Source of the DNA: Camelus dromedarius
Lineage: Eukaryota
Assembly (NCBI RefSeq): GCF_036321535.1
Contig: NC_087436.1
Coordinates: 121,274,001-121,338,000 of the forward strand
DNA: 64,000 nucleotides
Direction of reading: 5' to 3'
Numbering within the stretch: position 1 is the first letter of the stretch; the number at the start of each line of letters is the position of its first letter. The translations under genes were made by a program, and so were the position numbers. Positions 9,811 to 24,139 of the stretch are shown piece by piece. Under the pieces are notes generated by a model, which saw only the letters and a list, made by a program, of their open reading frames with translations, made no database searches and was not told the DNA's origin.

Positions 9811-11825
9811 CCGCCCCCCAAGGAGCTCTCCAGGTCAATGGCCACCCTCCCTGCCCTGCCCCAACCTCTACCGACCCAGGGCCTGTCCTCCCCAGCACAG
9901 CAGCGGCCCCAGCCGCCAAGGAGGATGCACCGGCAGACTCCGCTCTCAAGGCCACTTCCGGGCCATACAATGCCACCAACGCCTTCGCCACACTTTCATC
10001 CTGAGAGGGCCCCCTTTCCACTGCCTGCCCCCTGACCCACCACCCACTGATGTCAGGGAGACCCTTCAGTTGTTCATTGGTGTCACCAGGCACCAACTGT
10101 GTGTGGGACCGGGTCGGGAATGGGTGACCTCATGAACGAACCATCCCTTCCTGCGAAGACCTCTCTGCAGGTGACAAGGACCAGGGGCTACCAATGGCAG
10201 CAGCTTCCTTAGAGGGTCCACACACCTGCAGCCACTCAGGCCACATGGCCTGGAGCAGCTCCCAAGGGACCCCCCCCCCCACCCCTGGGCACAGCACACC
10301 CAGCAGGGACCCTCCAGGGTGGCGGCCCACCCGCTGCACTCACAGGTTAGTTCTGTCAGCTCTCTGTGCCTGTCCTTTCCCCCCAGGACCATTTCCTCTC
10401 TGAATTCAACACCCAACGTGGGTGACCCCGTGGCCTGACCACGGGCTGAACCCATTTCCCACGCTCTCGGCCACCCGTTACCTCACTGCACGTCAACAGC
10501 CAAACATACCTTTGCGAGAAGCACCCCTCCTCCTCTTCCCAGGCCCCGATGTCCACCTAAGCCCACCCATCCTTCCAGGTGCCAGGCAGCACCTCGCTCA
10601 CCCCCGACCCCGCCGACATCACCCATGGCTCTGCTTCCCCTCCCAGGCCATACCCCTCACTCACCTTACCGTCCTTCTGTCCCTGGACACCCTCCATCCA
10701 CCTGGCCATCCCCTCCCCAGCCCTCTCCATCCCTCCGCCCCCCACCCCAAAGGCCTTATCGTCCTCACTTCAGCAGCCCATCTTGTGGTCACGCGTGTCC
10801 AGCCTGCTCCTCGCCAGCCACCGTCCCTGCTCCCTGGGGCCCACCCTCGGGCCTGCCCCATCAGTCATTCTGTTCCTCCCTCACCCAGCCACTCCCTCCA
10901 CCCTGACCCCCGACCCCTGACCCCCGACCCCCACGCGGCCTCCAATCCCCTGGGCACCAGCCCACGTGCTCCACACCCTCTCGGGAGGGACAGCCCGTAC
11001 AGGAACTGACACGGCTTTCTCCACAGGACATGCGGCAGGGCCCTCTCCAAAGTCACACCACACAAGCCCCCCCAGCCTTCCAAACCCTGTCCTGTCTCCC
11101 CTCCCATCTCCCCTCCCAGCCTTCCTTTACAGAGAAGACAGTCACACCTCGCAGGCCCTCCCTGGCCTCCCTGACGTCCAGGACATCCTCGTCCTCCAGC
11201 AGGCCAGCTTCTCTGCCTGGGCCCCCCCACGCCATCCATCCCCACCACCTCGGGGAGCTGACACCGCCCGCCCAGATCCAGACACACCCAGGCCTAAGTC
11301 TGAAAGGAGTAAGGCTCCCGCCCTCCCTTGACTCCTGTCACCCGGAGCTACTTCTCCCCCAGCAGCTTCTTAATGGCTTATTCACACGGGAGTCTCACCC
11401 TCCCTCCCCAAACTGGCCTCCAAGCACTCCTCACACCAGCCGCCAAGGGCCTCATAAGCTGGGCCTCAGTCCTCACCCCCACTTCCCAGCAGACTCAGCG
11501 CGCACGACTCCCCCACCAGCCTCCTCCACTGGCCCCTCAGCATGGGGTCCCCAAGCTCTCTCCCCTCCCTCTCCCGAAATCAAACCCACCCCCAGGCGGG
11601 GTCACCTCTCCTGCAAGCTCAGGGTGGGGGGGTGCCTCAAACTCTGACACGCTTTGACCAACAGTCAAAACAAAACCTCCTCCCCAAAGCCACCCTCCCT
11701 CGGCAACCGGCCCACCGCCTCCCCACCTGCACGGGTAGGGCCAACACAGGTGAGGGCTTCCTAGAGAGAACCGCAAAGCCCGATCAGGACATGCAGAGAT
11801 TCAAAACGGTGCAGCCTCAGTTGCA

Positions 11826-14475
11826 CCTTGAAACTATTCCAAAAAAACTGCAGAGGAAGGAACACTTCCAAACTCATTCTATGAGGCCAGCATCACCCTG
11901 GTACCAAAACCAGACGACACCACAAAAAAAGAAATTGTGGCCAATATCACTGATTAACATAGATGCAAAAATCCTCAACAAAATATGCGCAAACCAAATC
12001 CAACACTACATTAAAAGGATCATACACCATGGTCAAGAGGGATTTATCCCAGGTACACAAGGATTTTTCAGTATCCACAAATCAATTAATGTGATACAGC
12101 ACATTAACAAACTGAAGAATAAAAATCATATGATCATCTCAACAGATGCAGAAAAAGCTTTTGACAAAATTCAACATCCATTTATAATAGAGGGAAATTC
12201 CTCAACATAATAAAAGCAATATATGACAAACCCACAGCTAACATCATACTCAACAGTGAAATGCTGAAAGCATTGCCTCTAAGATCAGGAATAAGACCAG
12301 GACGTCCACTCTCAGGGGTTTTACTCATCATAGTATTGGAAGTCCTAGCCACAGCCATCAGACAAGAAAAAGAGGTTGAAGCAATCCAAACTGGAAGAAG
12401 TAAACTGTCACTGCTTGTGGATGACATGATACTATACATAGAACATCCAAAAGATGCCACCAGAAAACTACTGGAGCTCATCAATGAATTCAATAGAGTT
12501 GCCGGATACAAAATTAATACACAGAAATCTGCTGCATGTCTATACACTAACAACAAACTATCAGAAAGAGAAATTAAGGAAACAATCCCATTTACCATCA
12601 CATCAAAAAGAATAAAATACCTCAGAATACATCTACCTAAGGAAGTAAAAGACCTGTCCTCAGAAAACTTTAAGACACTGATGAAAGAAATTGCAGGTGA
12701 CACAGACGGAAAGATGTACCATGTTCCTGGACTGAAAGAACTAATACCATTAAAATGACCATACTACCCAATACAAGGGACAGATTTGATGCATCCCTAT
12801 TAAAATATCAATGGCATTTGTCACAGAACTAAAACAAGTAAGTTTAAAATTTGTATGAAACACAAAAGACAAACAGTTACAACAGTCTTGAGAAAGAAGA
12901 ATAGAGCCACAAAAGTCACACTCCCTGACCTCAGACTATACGACAAAGCTACAGTAATCAAAACAGTGTGGTACGACACAAAGCAGACACAGAGGTCAGT
13001 GGAACAGAATAGAGAGCTCAGAGATAAACCCAGCTATTTATGGTCAATTAATCTATGACAAAGGAGGCAAGAACACACAATGGAGAAAAGACAGTCTCTT
13101 CACTAAGTGGTGCTGTGAAAACTGGACAGCTACCTGTGAAAGAATGAAATTAGAACATTCTCTAACACCATATACAAAAATAAATTCAAAGTGGATTAAA
13201 AACCTAAATGTAAGACAGGAAACCATAAAACTCCTAGAGGAAAATATAGGCAGAACACTCTGACATAAATTGAAGCAATATCTTTTTGGATCTGTCTCCT
13301 GACACAAAGGAAATAAAAGCAAAAATAAACACATAGGACCTAAGAAAACTTAAAAGCTTTTGCACAGCAAAGGAACACACTGACAAAATGAAAAGGTAAC
13401 CTACTGAATGAAAGAAAGTATTTGCAAATGATATGACTGATAAGGGGTTAATACCCAAAATATATAAACAGCTCATACAACTCAACATCAAAAAAATAAA
13501 CAACCAGATTAAAAACTGGGTGGAAGACGTAAACAGACATTTTCCCAGAGAAGACATACAGATGCCAACAGCCACATGAAAAGATGCTCAACATCACTAA
13601 TCATCAGGGAAATGCAAATCAAAACCACAACTAGGTATCACCTCACACCTGTCAGAATGGCCATCATCAAAAAGAACACAAATAACAAATGTTGGCAAGG
13701 ATGTGGAGAAAAGGGAAGCCTCATACACTCCTGGCACTGCTGGTGGGAAGGTAAATTAACACAGCCACTGTGGAAAATGGTATGGAGGTTTCTCCAAAAA
13801 CTGAAAGTAAAACTACCAAATGACCCAGCAATTCCACTCCTGGCTATACATCTGAAGAAGACAAAAACACTAATTCAAAAAGATGCATGTACCCAAATGT
13901 TCACAGCAGCACTATTTACAGTTGCCAGGATGTGGAAGCAATCTAAATGTCCATCAACAGATGAACGGATAAAGAAGATGTGGTCCAGACATACAATGGA
14001 ATACTACTCAGCCATAAAAAAGAATAAAATTTTGCCATTTGCAACAACATGAATGAACTTGGAGGGTATTATGCTAAGTGAAACAAGTCAGAGAAAGACA
14101 AATTCTGTATGTTATCACTTATATGTGGAATCTAAAAAATACAACAACCTAGTGAATATAACAAAAAAGAAGCAGACTCACTGATACAGAAAACAAACTA
14201 GTGGTTCCCAGTGGGGAGAGGGGAGGGGGAGGGGCAATGTAGGGGGAGCAGATTGAGGTATAAACTGTTATGTACAAAATATGCTACAAGAATATATTGT
14301 ACAACACTAGGAATATAGTCAATATTTTATAGCTGTAAATGGAGTGTAACTTTTAAAAACTGTAAATCACTCTATTATACACCTGTAACATATAATATTC
14401 TACATCAACTATACGTCAATTAAATAAATAAATCAATAAAAGAAACATTTGCCCTGAAAAACAAAACAAAACAAG
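11826..14475 (+). mobile_element. 5'-truncated LINE-1 (ORF2 RT and C-terminus, 3' UTR, A-rich tail)
   Basis: ORFs 11542-12210, 12261-12758 and 13576-14052 give degenerate ORF2 ([43 protein letters not shown]). G-rich 3' UTR tract, AATAAA and tail. GCAGCCTCAG at 11811-11820 and 14481-14490 is a probable TSD core. Confidence 0.93.
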
Positions 14476-15159
14476 AAGCCGCAGCCTCAGAAAAGGTTAT
14501 CACAAACAAGGAATAATCATGCAAACAGAGCCTGCAAAACCCCACAAGCAACCCAGGCTGGAGAACAGTCCAGGGCAGCTTTCATGGCAGAGCAGAAGGA
14601 CCAGGAGATGCAGTACCACAGAAAAGCTGAAAGACCTAGAGGATGGGCCCAGGGGCTATGGAGGCGAGGAAAGCACATGGATAAGTTCAGTGAAAAGTCT
14701 CTCTGTTCATCAGTCACGGCAAAGGGCAGCAGGGAAGGGTTTCCCCAGATGTGGAGGATGTATTTGGGGTTGGATGACTTAAATTATAGATTATGTGTAA
14801 AACAAAATTCTCTTTGGAGAACCTTGGAGGTGGTTGAAATTGAAGCCAGATTTTAGCATTTGAAGGGATATTTGGCCTCACTTGACTTCAAAAAAAAAAA
14901 TCTGGGAAAGGAGAGAAAGAAACTGGAAGAAGGAGCAGAGGGATCCTGCAGCAGCTAAAACAAAGGGGAGACTCCCCGGCCCCACCCCCACAACCCAGGG
15001 AGCAGGGGCCACTGCGCTCAGGCCCCACAGAGAAAAGCACAGAGGTTTCATCACAAGTCCCAAGCCACCAGCTATGACAAATCTCAGGGAATGGTTTGCA
15101 ACAAGGCTACTTCTGTGGGAGCCACTGGTTACCACAGTGCCAGGGGACACAGTTCCAGC

Positions 15160-15490
15160 AATGGGTGGATGGGTGGAGGGATGGGAGATCGGGGAGGGAG
15201 AGATGGATGGATGGGGGAGAGATGGATGGGGGATGGAGGGATGGGGTGGGGAATGGGGTGGGGGTGGGGCGTAGAGGGATGGGGATGGAGGGATGGGGGA
15301 AGAAGGGAAGGATGGATAGGAGATGGATGGTTGGAAGGAAGGTGAAAGGATGGATGGATGGATGGGTGGGCAGGTGGGTATAGGATGGGGGGTGGATGAA
15401 TAAATGGACAGAGGGAGGGATGGATGGAAGGATGGGGGATCAATGGGGGGATGGAGGAGTTGGGATAGGGGCAGGTGGGTGGATGGATTG
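15160..15490 (+). repeat. Degenerate (GGAT)n/(GGGAT)n purine-rich simple repeat
   Basis: Directly visible; almost no C for about 330 bp. Confidence 0.9.
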
Positions 15491-18199
15491 ACTGAATTCA
15501 TTAGTGGTGGCCAATGTTTGCTCAATAACACCTGGTTGCCTACTTGGTCCAAAAATTTAGGGACAAATTCCCAGAGCTCTAGAAAGACAAAAACCTTTCA
15601 ACTCAAAGGGCCCACCAAGACCTAAGCAGGGTAAGTGATAAAGGCCCACCCCACTTTCAGAGGGCAGGCCCGCTGCAGCAGGCAGCGGGCGGCGGGGACC
15701 CGGCCGGGATCTCCGCGTGCAGCCGGCGGCCCGGGCGCCCGCGCGCGGGAGCCGCCCTGCACCCCCAGACCCGCGGAGCTCTACGGGTGCGGGCGGCAGG
15801 ACAAGCAGCAGGGCAGCCTGCCGCTTCGGCGTGACCGCCAACCACACGGCGCGGGGGCGCCGGGCCGGCCTGTGTCTGCCCTGCCCCTGCGCTGCCCGCC
15901 AGGATGAACCGGGGGCCCCTCAGCCAGCCCCGCTGGGCGGCCTCCTCCAGCGTGGTGCCCTTTCGCACAAACGAGGCGGCCTCCTGTGCAGCGCGGGGCT
16001 GCCTCGGGCGGCTGGGCCCGGCCCCCTTCTCAAAGGACTGCTGTCAGACGGCGCCTTCCGCGTGCAGAATTGCACACGCTCCCCCAAGCCCCAGAGGCTC
16101 CGCCGGCACAAGGGAGCGAGCTGCTGTCTGTCCACGTCCACCCCACAAACACCTAGCAGGGCCTCTCTGGGCAGGAGCTGTTCCAGGAAGAGACAACGCA
16201 GCCTGTCCTGGGGGACCCGTCTTGGGGGGCCTGTCCGGGGGGAGCCCACCTCCCGGGGGGGGGCCTGTCCCGGGGAAGCCCACCTCCTGGTTGCACACCA
16301 ACAGCTGAGACACGGCACAGCAGAAAATACCAGGCGGGGCCTTCCAGAGCGGCCCAGCCCTGCCACTCATGTGACCTTGGCCAGGTGACAACCTTATCCC
16401 TGTACAACAGAGACCCCAGAACCCCTTTCCTGGAGGCAGACAGCGGCCAGGCTTGCCCACCTCTTCTGTCATCTGAGAAGCCACAGGGCCTGGTGGACCA
16501 CAGAAGCCCCACGTGGTTCCCAGAGAGCAGGAACGTGCTGGGTTGGACACCTGGGCCCTACACCCCCCTCGTCCACACCCTCTGCTTTGGAACATCCCGT
16601 GGGGACCACCCGCTCTCCGCCGGGCCCATCACCGGTGCAGAGGGCAGGCGGCGGGCAGGTGCAGCGGGAGGACGTGTTCCGCAGGCCCCTGCAGGGCCAA
16701 CACACGTCCCGGACGTGGTCTCCGCTGTCTCCTCATGTTAGATTTAACTACGTTAGTCCGCAGTACCTAAATTTTCTAAGAAGAACAGATAGGAATTTTT
16801 GTAACAACAGCAACAAAAAAAAAGTGAACTGAAGAGGGCGCGGAGTTTTGTCCAGAGGCCCTCACTTTCACAAACACCTAATTCCTAGTTGTGCAAAACT
16901 GAAGGCGGCCTTCTCTCCCTAGACCCACATCAATCCTGCCCCATTGCCGGCTCAAAGGGGACAAGTAGGCGGAGACCGGCGCCCTGTGGAGTCTGTCTGT
17001 TCTGTTCTGGGGTCTCAGGAGACCCTGTCGAGCTGGAATGGGGGTGGACAAGGGTGTGAAGCCTGAGCAAGACTCCCTGCCCTGGTGGCAGGAAAGCAGG
17101 TCCAAAAGCAGGGCCACGGTGGCAGGGGGGCACCTGGTGGTGCATGGCCACCATCACAGGTACTGGTGCCCACCCCACCCCCACATCCAACATCAACCAT
17201 CTGGAGCAGCACCAGCTCAGAAAGGACAGGGCAGGAGCGAAAGGAACCAAACATTAGAAAATTGGTGAAAATCCACTTTGGCACGTTTCTGAGGTCCCTA
17301 AAGTGAAGCCAGAACCCCACCCTCCTTCCCTAGCCCCAAACTCCATCAGCCCATCACTCTCTAACCCAGCCCAACTCCTCCAAGGACAGCTGTCAGCCCA
17401 ACCGCCCGGATAACCAGGTACGACACGCAGCGTTCCCGCCCACCAAAGTCCCTGCAAACATCCCAGCCCGCAGGGAAGCAGGGCGCCATGGTGGCCAGAG
17501 TCAGGCGGCCAGAACCACGCGCCGCACCCCGCTCAGGTCACCTGCCTGTCCCAAGTGTGTGACATGTACCCTGAGGACTGGTCTTGAGGTTCAAATGCCA
17601 GAGCGGATGGACACATTTCTGTTCAAGGAAGGAAACGAGCACCAGGAGTCTTTAGACCGCAAGGCCAGGAAGTTGTTGAGTGTGTGGCATCATGTGTTTA
17701 CAAACAATGCAGTACAGAGAGCCCCGAAACTAAAATCCAGTCACACTAACTGGATCTGGATGGCAGAGCCGAGGGGAGACCCTGATGTGCCGTGAGTCTG
17801 ACCTCCCGGTGACCCTCTCTCCACCCCTCGCGCATTCCTCCCGTGGCTGAGCTGCTCCCCCAAGGCAGCTCGCCAGCATCCATCTCCTCTGCACACCTCC
17901 ACACCTCCCCTGACCTTGTCTTCCTTGTCTCACCTCCTGCCACCTGACTCCCCTGAGCAACTGACCACCCACATGGACCCTAATGTTCCCAAAGCCAACT
18001 CCTCACCTTACCATCCACATCTGTGCAGGGCAAAGTCCTAGGGCACGTGATGCCAGTGGAAGGCGCTACGGATGAGTGATGGTATAAGGGATGGACAGAG
18101 CCCCTAAAAGAGACTAAGGGGCCTCACAAACCTCATTGAATGACTGGACCTGCGGGGCATTCACAGGTGCTGTCCCTCACCCTTCAGGAGCCCAGGGTA

Positions 18200-19415
18200 G
18201 AGAAAGGCTTATCTCAAAGCAATTTGAGGGATGGCTCTTGTCTGATGGGGTGAAGACCAACGAGATTCACAGGAAACCCACAAAGTTTTCAAGAAAACTG
18301 TATCAGTGGAAACACTGCCAGCTTGAACTTGAAAGGGTCAAAGGCAATACAAAATGAAAATTGGGCACTGGATCCCCAAAATTCTCTGGCAGGAAGCAGG
18401 CTGAGAAAACGATTCAGCTGCAAACATGTGCCATCTTCATGGAAAGTGAAAGGAGAGAGGGATCAGTACAGAAGGCAGAGTGAGAGCCACTAGCCCAAAT
18501 CTCCAGACCCAGTCAAGGAATTCCCAACACTTGCCAGGCTGGATCAAAGGGCTGCTATGCATCTGTGCCTCCTGAGGCCTCCTATCTTCCCTCGTTTTGA
18601 GGAGTGTCTACCGTGGTTATCCTGTGTCTGTCCCAACACTGAACTTTTGTTGTGGGTGGAGAGGCTGGTCTCCAGCTCAGGTCCGCAGACGGAGAGGAAG
18701 CTCACTCCTGGAGCTGTACTCGAGGAGCCACAACCGGGGACTCTCATCCGCACCAGGAGCTGATTCAGATGGTGGAGTTCTGGACTCCGAGCTGATGCCG
18801 TCCTGGAAGGCTCTTGCTGGGGAGTGTGTTTGTATCAGGGAGGGACATGGATCACTGGGGCTGGGGGCTGGACAGTGACAAGCAGCCTCTGAGATGAACC
18901 CAACGATCCCACCTCCTAGCCACCCCAGCCTCGGCAGCGCCCTCCTTGCACACAGGCTGGACCTAGTGCCTCACTTCAAACAGAATATGGCAAAAGTGAC
19001 GCAGTGTCACTCCCAAGACAGGCTTCCCAAAGACAGCGGGCTGGTCCTGCTCACCATCTCCCTCACTCGTTCTCAGGGAAGCCAGCAGCCAGGCTGTGAA
19101 CTGCCCAGAGAAGCCACCCACGTGACAAAGAACAATGCTGTAGGCCGACGGCCAGCTAGGCTGTGCGGCCTGCCAACAGTCACATTACTGACCTTGGAAG
19201 TAAGTCTTCTGAGGCCACCAGCTACCCCGAGGGAGCTTGGGAGTGGATCCTCACCCACTGTAGCCAGGCCAACTCCTTGATCACAACCCTGTGTGAGACT
19301 GGGAACAGAGAACCCAGCTAAGCCACACCCACACTCCTGACCACAGGAACTATGAGACAGAAAACACCTGTTGTCTGCAGAGGTGTTCTGTTACACGGCA
19401 GCAATAACTAATGCA
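18200..19415 (+). mobile_element. MaLR internal 3' fragment (to ~18870) followed by an MLT1-family LTR
   Basis: GGACTCCGAGCTGATGCC...GGGGAGTGTGTTTGTATCAGGGAGGGACATG resembles the MLT1-int end. The LTR has CAGAATATGGCAAAAGTGAC, CCCAGCTAAGCCACACCC and TGTTACACGGCAGCAATAACTAATGCA. Confidence 0.6.
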
Positions 19416-19729
19416 CCATATGATGCAAAATATGAATGTTATCTTTGGTTTGCTACCACTCCCGCTAGAAATACACACAGAACAGTCACATACTGATTTC
19501 TAAGCAGCAATGCATGATTAAGTATTTTTGAAAGTCTTCCCTCAAAGCTAATCTGGGGTGAAGTGACTAAGGAAACCACGCTGCATAAGCCAGAGGTAAA
19601 CTGACCAGGAAAGGGAAAAACCAGCTGATAAAAGTGATGACCCCTGACAATGCCTGGTGGTGCCACGTGTTTACAGGGACAGAGGACCACTGGGTGACTC
19701 CCTGGTCAGTCAAGATCTCCAAGCTAAAT

Positions 19730-19870
19730 ATAATAATCCCATTTTACAAATGAGGAAACCGAGGCTCAGACATCTTGCCTACAATCATGACTGAAGACAG
19801 ATTTAGGCTTCAAGCCCAAGGCTGACTAGTTTCAGTTTGGGCGCTCACCCACACCCTCGGCTGCCTCTCT
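19730..19870 (+). mobile_element. MIR SINE remnant
   Basis: ATCCCATTTTACAAATGAGGAAACCGAGGCTCAGA core. Confidence 0.8.
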
Positions 19871-22768
19871 TTTTACTATTAGCATGTGAGCAAATGCCTG
19901 AATAGAAACCGAGCTCCCTGGAAGTATTTGGGCTAGCAAAAATTATCTACCTGGTTCTCAAAGAGTCTGTCTCAATTCCTCAGTGGCTTCACCTCCCAAA
20001 TTTGAACATTCATCTAAGTTTAGGAAGCAGCCACTAAATTCTTAGTATACATGGTGATGTATACACTAGCACACATCAGTATTCATGTGCACATTAGTAT
20101 CCATGAATCATTTATAATAGGCCAAACAGAAGAATACAGCATGTAAAATGTTCCAGTTCAGCATTTTGTTATTATGCAGTTTTTTACATGGGTTTTTTTT
20201 AAGTGTCAATTTTTAAGGTTTGAACACTTTAAGCCCAACGAAACCAAAGGGCCAGGCTGCAGGGACACGCATCAGGTGCCTCGGTCCTGGTCTCCAGGGG
20301 TGCGTCCCTTTCTGCTCCCAAGTCGGCCTCAGGAAGAGTCAGGTCACTGCCAAGCAGCCACCAGCGGCAGGGGCGGAGACAAGAATTCACTGAGCAGTAA
20401 GGCAGCCCTGGACTTGGGAAAGACGGCAGCTATGAATAACGAGGAAAACGGAGAAAAAAGTAAGAAAGAGAGAAGAAAGGAAAGACTGGCAGTGTTAAAA
20501 ATGCTTAAACACATCAGGAAAAGGTACACACAATTATTATTCACAGTCTAATACTGTTAAAAAGAGATGGAATTCCGAAAATAATATAAAGTTGAAGAAA
20601 TACAGCTCTGCTAATGTCACACTTACCACATAAAGAGAGGTTAAACACTAGCTTTAGACTCCGCCAGCTCCGGCTTCCTGTACGAGGGCCCGCCTCGGGC
20701 GTTCTGCACAGCACTGAGCTCTCTCTGGGACGGGCAGAGGCCAGGCCCGACGAGGACAAGTGCAGCGGAGGGACAGGGCTGTCCCCGAGGAAGGGAGAGC
20801 CCGGGCCCCGCGAGCGCCCAGGTGCTCGGAACCGGAGGCCGCAGAAACAGGACACCCGCTGCGTGAATATTGCATCGCCGCCCTGCGGCCCCGCCCGCGC
20901 CAGCTCTCAGCCAGCACGGTCCTTTTTTCACAGGGTAAACGTAGTCTAGGTTTTGCAGAAAAGATACTCTTTTAAATTACAAAGGTCCATTTTACTGGTT
21001 CAAGAACATTCGCGTATTGCACCTTCCTGAGTGGTTCTAGTCCTCCGCGCTGTGAAGTTCACGCCACAAGGAAGCGGCGTGACAGCCCGCGAAGGGAAGC
21101 AAAGGTGCGGGAGCGCGCGCGGGGCCCTGGGCAAGTGAAGCCAGCACCACCGCGCGGGTTCGGTTCCCACAGGCACGCAGGGGCGCAGGAGGCACACAAG
21201 ACACCTGTGTGGTCCCCAGGCATCCCTGCCCACAAAAGCCGTCCACAAAGCGCACATGGGGCCGGCCACTGGCTGAGCCAGGGACCCTCTCTGCCACGCC
21301 GCGCCACCCTCCAGCGCGCCGGGCGGGACACAGGTTCTTGGCTAGGTGCATTTTGAAGTAACTGCTTTTATTCACATCACAATAAGGTCACTTTGTACAC
21401 AAGAAGGAACTTAAGAAAGGTCTCAGTTAAGGAAAGAAGCAGCTCGGAAGGCAGCCAGACATCCAGGTGGGAGACGGTGGTGGTGGTCCCAGCAAAGATA
21501 GGGGGTGGGAGACTAGGGGTGGAGCTGGGGGGCACCGCTCCTTCTGCTCCACCTGCTGGCTGCACCCTACCCCGAAGTGTGCACATGTGCGCACACGCAC
21601 GCACGCACACACACGCACACGCACACGACCCTGCTCAAACCCAGGACGCAGGATCCAGCCTACCCTCTCAGACCTCTGCCGGAGTTCCAGACCAAACCTC
21701 AGTCCCCACCTTGAGCAGGTCCATCTCACTGCCTCGTGACCTTTCCACTCACTCACTCACTCACTCACTCATTCATTCAGCAGCTGCCCAGTGGCCTCTA
21801 TGGCAGCGTCATACTACAAACAGGTGACCAGTGATGGCCCTGCCCTCCAAGGGCCAGCCTCCCCGGGGGACAAAGCAGATCAACGGGCTGCCACCACCAC
21901 ACATGGAGGTCAGGGGTACACACCGGGATGGGGGGCACACTGGGGTGCACCCATAGTCCTGACTTCACTTAAAAAACTGCCCTTCCCTGAACATACCCAC
22001 TCCCCCTCCCTCTGCCACTCCTTGGCTCAGCTGGTCCCCACCTCCTCCCTGAGACCCCAACTAACTCCCCCGACCGCCACCAACCCACCAGCTACCCAGC
22101 AGCCCCATGGACCCCACAGTCGGGAGCGTCTGCTGGGCACTTATCAGCACCTCGCCTCCGAGTCGGTGCAGCAGGCACACCCCGGGCATCAGTGCCCACA
22201 GGGCCGTGGGCACATGGGGGTCAGGGCGGGGCACAGGCTGGAGGGGCAGTGGTGAGTTGGGAGAAGTGGAGCCCTGCAGTCACGGCAGCGGCAGGGACAT
22301 CAAAGCTCGGGGTCAACTGCCACTAGGGCTGGACAGCCGGAGGCCGTGAGCTCCAGAAATCCTCACCATGCAGAAGTACCACATCGACCAGAGACTCAGA
22401 CACGGGCCAGAAGTCCCGCCTTGCTCCCCCCGGGCCCTGCAGTCAGGTCTGAGTCTTGCGGTGGTGGGGAGGCCAGACCGGGTGCCGATCTACCTGGCAG
22501 CTGGTGGGCAGACCCCTTGGCTGACTCTGGGCACCAGTCTGGCCATGACTGTGTTTTGGGACAAGTAAACAGGCCACGCTGAAGCTGCAATGTTTCAGGG
22601 TATTTTTGGTTCCAGAAACAAATCCTAGTTCACTATCTTGAACCATGGGAAGGCTGAGCCACCTCAGCTTTCCCTCCCCGTTCTTATCTGACTTTCCCTT
22701 CTTATCTCCACTTGATGTTTATTTCTGTTTGTGGTTTTCACACCTGGGCAAAGTGGGACTATAAATAA

Positions 22769-22871
22769 AGTTGCTGGATTTAGCAAATAAAAATAAAGGA
22801 CACTCAGTTAAATTTGAATTTCACATAAAAGATGAATAATTTTTTATTATAACTATGTTCCAAACACTGCA
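22769..22871 (+). mobile_element. MER53-like DNA transposon fragment
   Basis: GTTGCTGGATTTAGCAAATAAAAATAAAGGACACTCAGTTAAATTTGAATTTCACATAAA resembles the MER53 terminus (by recall). Confidence 0.7.
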
Positions 22872-23384
22872 AAGTCTCCCCTGCTGGAGCCCGGCTGTCC
22901 CCTGTCCCCGCCCCTCCCCACAGGCCCGGGAGGAGGCACAGTCAAGCCCTCTGTCCACCTGCCTGGCTGACCCCCAGTCTCACTCCAGCCCCGCCAAGCC
23001 ACCACTGGGCTCCAAATGCCCAGGAAAGACTGAGAACCATTTTCCTCCTCATCAAATGGGTCTTGTTCCAGGCCTCCCACACAGGCCTCCCCGCCCACGT
23101 GCAAGGCCAGTCATCCTCTGCGGGATGCGGGGGAAAGAGGCAGCCTGCCGCACTGTCCCACTTCCGGTCTCTGCACTGGGGCTGGCGGGACTCCGTCTGC
23201 TCTCCATGTCTCTCAGTCACTCTCAGGGGGACAGGGCACCTGCCTCAGCAGGCACAGTGTGAGGGTGAGCTTCGAGCCCCACCTGCACACAGGACAGAGC
23301 AGACACCATCTGGGAGCAATGGAGGACAGGCGGCTGGAGGAGGCCCCTCTCGTGACCCCACATGGCTCCTCATCTTCCAGGTCC

Positions 23385-23815
23385 AGGCAGGGTGGCCCCA
23401 GAGACATCAGGTCCTAGTCCCCAGAACCTGGAAATGTGACCCTATTTGGAAAAAGGGTCTTTGCAGATGGATTAAGTTAAGGCTTCCAAGATGAGACGAA
23501 GGTACTGGGTCAGCCAGTGGGAGGGTGGGGGTGGGGGTGGGGGCGGAGACGGGGTCCTTCCACGGGGGACGCAGACGGAAGCCCAGACACTGGGGCGGCC
23601 ATGTGAAGACCGAGGGAGAGACCAGAGCGAAGCAGCCACAGGCAGTCACCCGAGCTGGAAGAGGTGGGAAGGGCCCTCCCCGGAGCCTCCAGAGTGAGCC
23701 TGGCCCTGGGACACGCTGCTCTAGATGTCTGTCTCCAGAATGGGGGGAATAAACTCCTACCATTTAAGCCACCCCATTGGTGGTGCTTTGTCACAAGAGC
23801 CACAGGAGACTGCAC
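23385..23815 (+). mobile_element. MaLR solo LTR (MLT1B/C-like)
   Basis: GTCCTAGTCCCCAGAACCTGGAAATGTGACCCTATTTGGAAAAAGGGTCTTTGCAGATGGATTAAGTTAAGG; ends TTTAAGCCACCC...TGGTGCTTTGTCACA. Confidence 0.75.
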
Positions 23816-24139
23816 CAGGTGGGCCCAGGGAGCCCTTCTCAGCGGCCCCGCTGCCCATCCCTCCGGGCTGGACTCCAGGCATCCGGGGGTGGGGGCTTTG
23901 GTGGGAGGGGCGGTCTGGGGACCCGATTCTGCCCATGTGCTCCAGGTAATGTGTCCCAGGCTCTATGGGGCTGCAGCCAGGAGCGCCAGAGCCCCAGCCT
24001 GGCCCGCAGTAGGGGCGTGGCACAGATGTGCCAGCGGGCCCACACCCACTCACAGCAGCCACGCTGCGGCATGGAGAGGTCCTAGTGCCAGGCAGTCCCC
24101 ACCGCCTGACACACCCTATCCTGGCTCAACCTCACAGCA

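Noticed and set aside
14878..15552. Pro/His/Ser-rich and Gly/Trp-rich ORFs
   Set aside because: Translations of the (GGAT)n simple repeat.
16224..16290. Two-copy ~31-bp tandem duplication (similar one at ~60980-61050)
   Set aside because: Ordinary local slippage duplication with nothing to suggest function.
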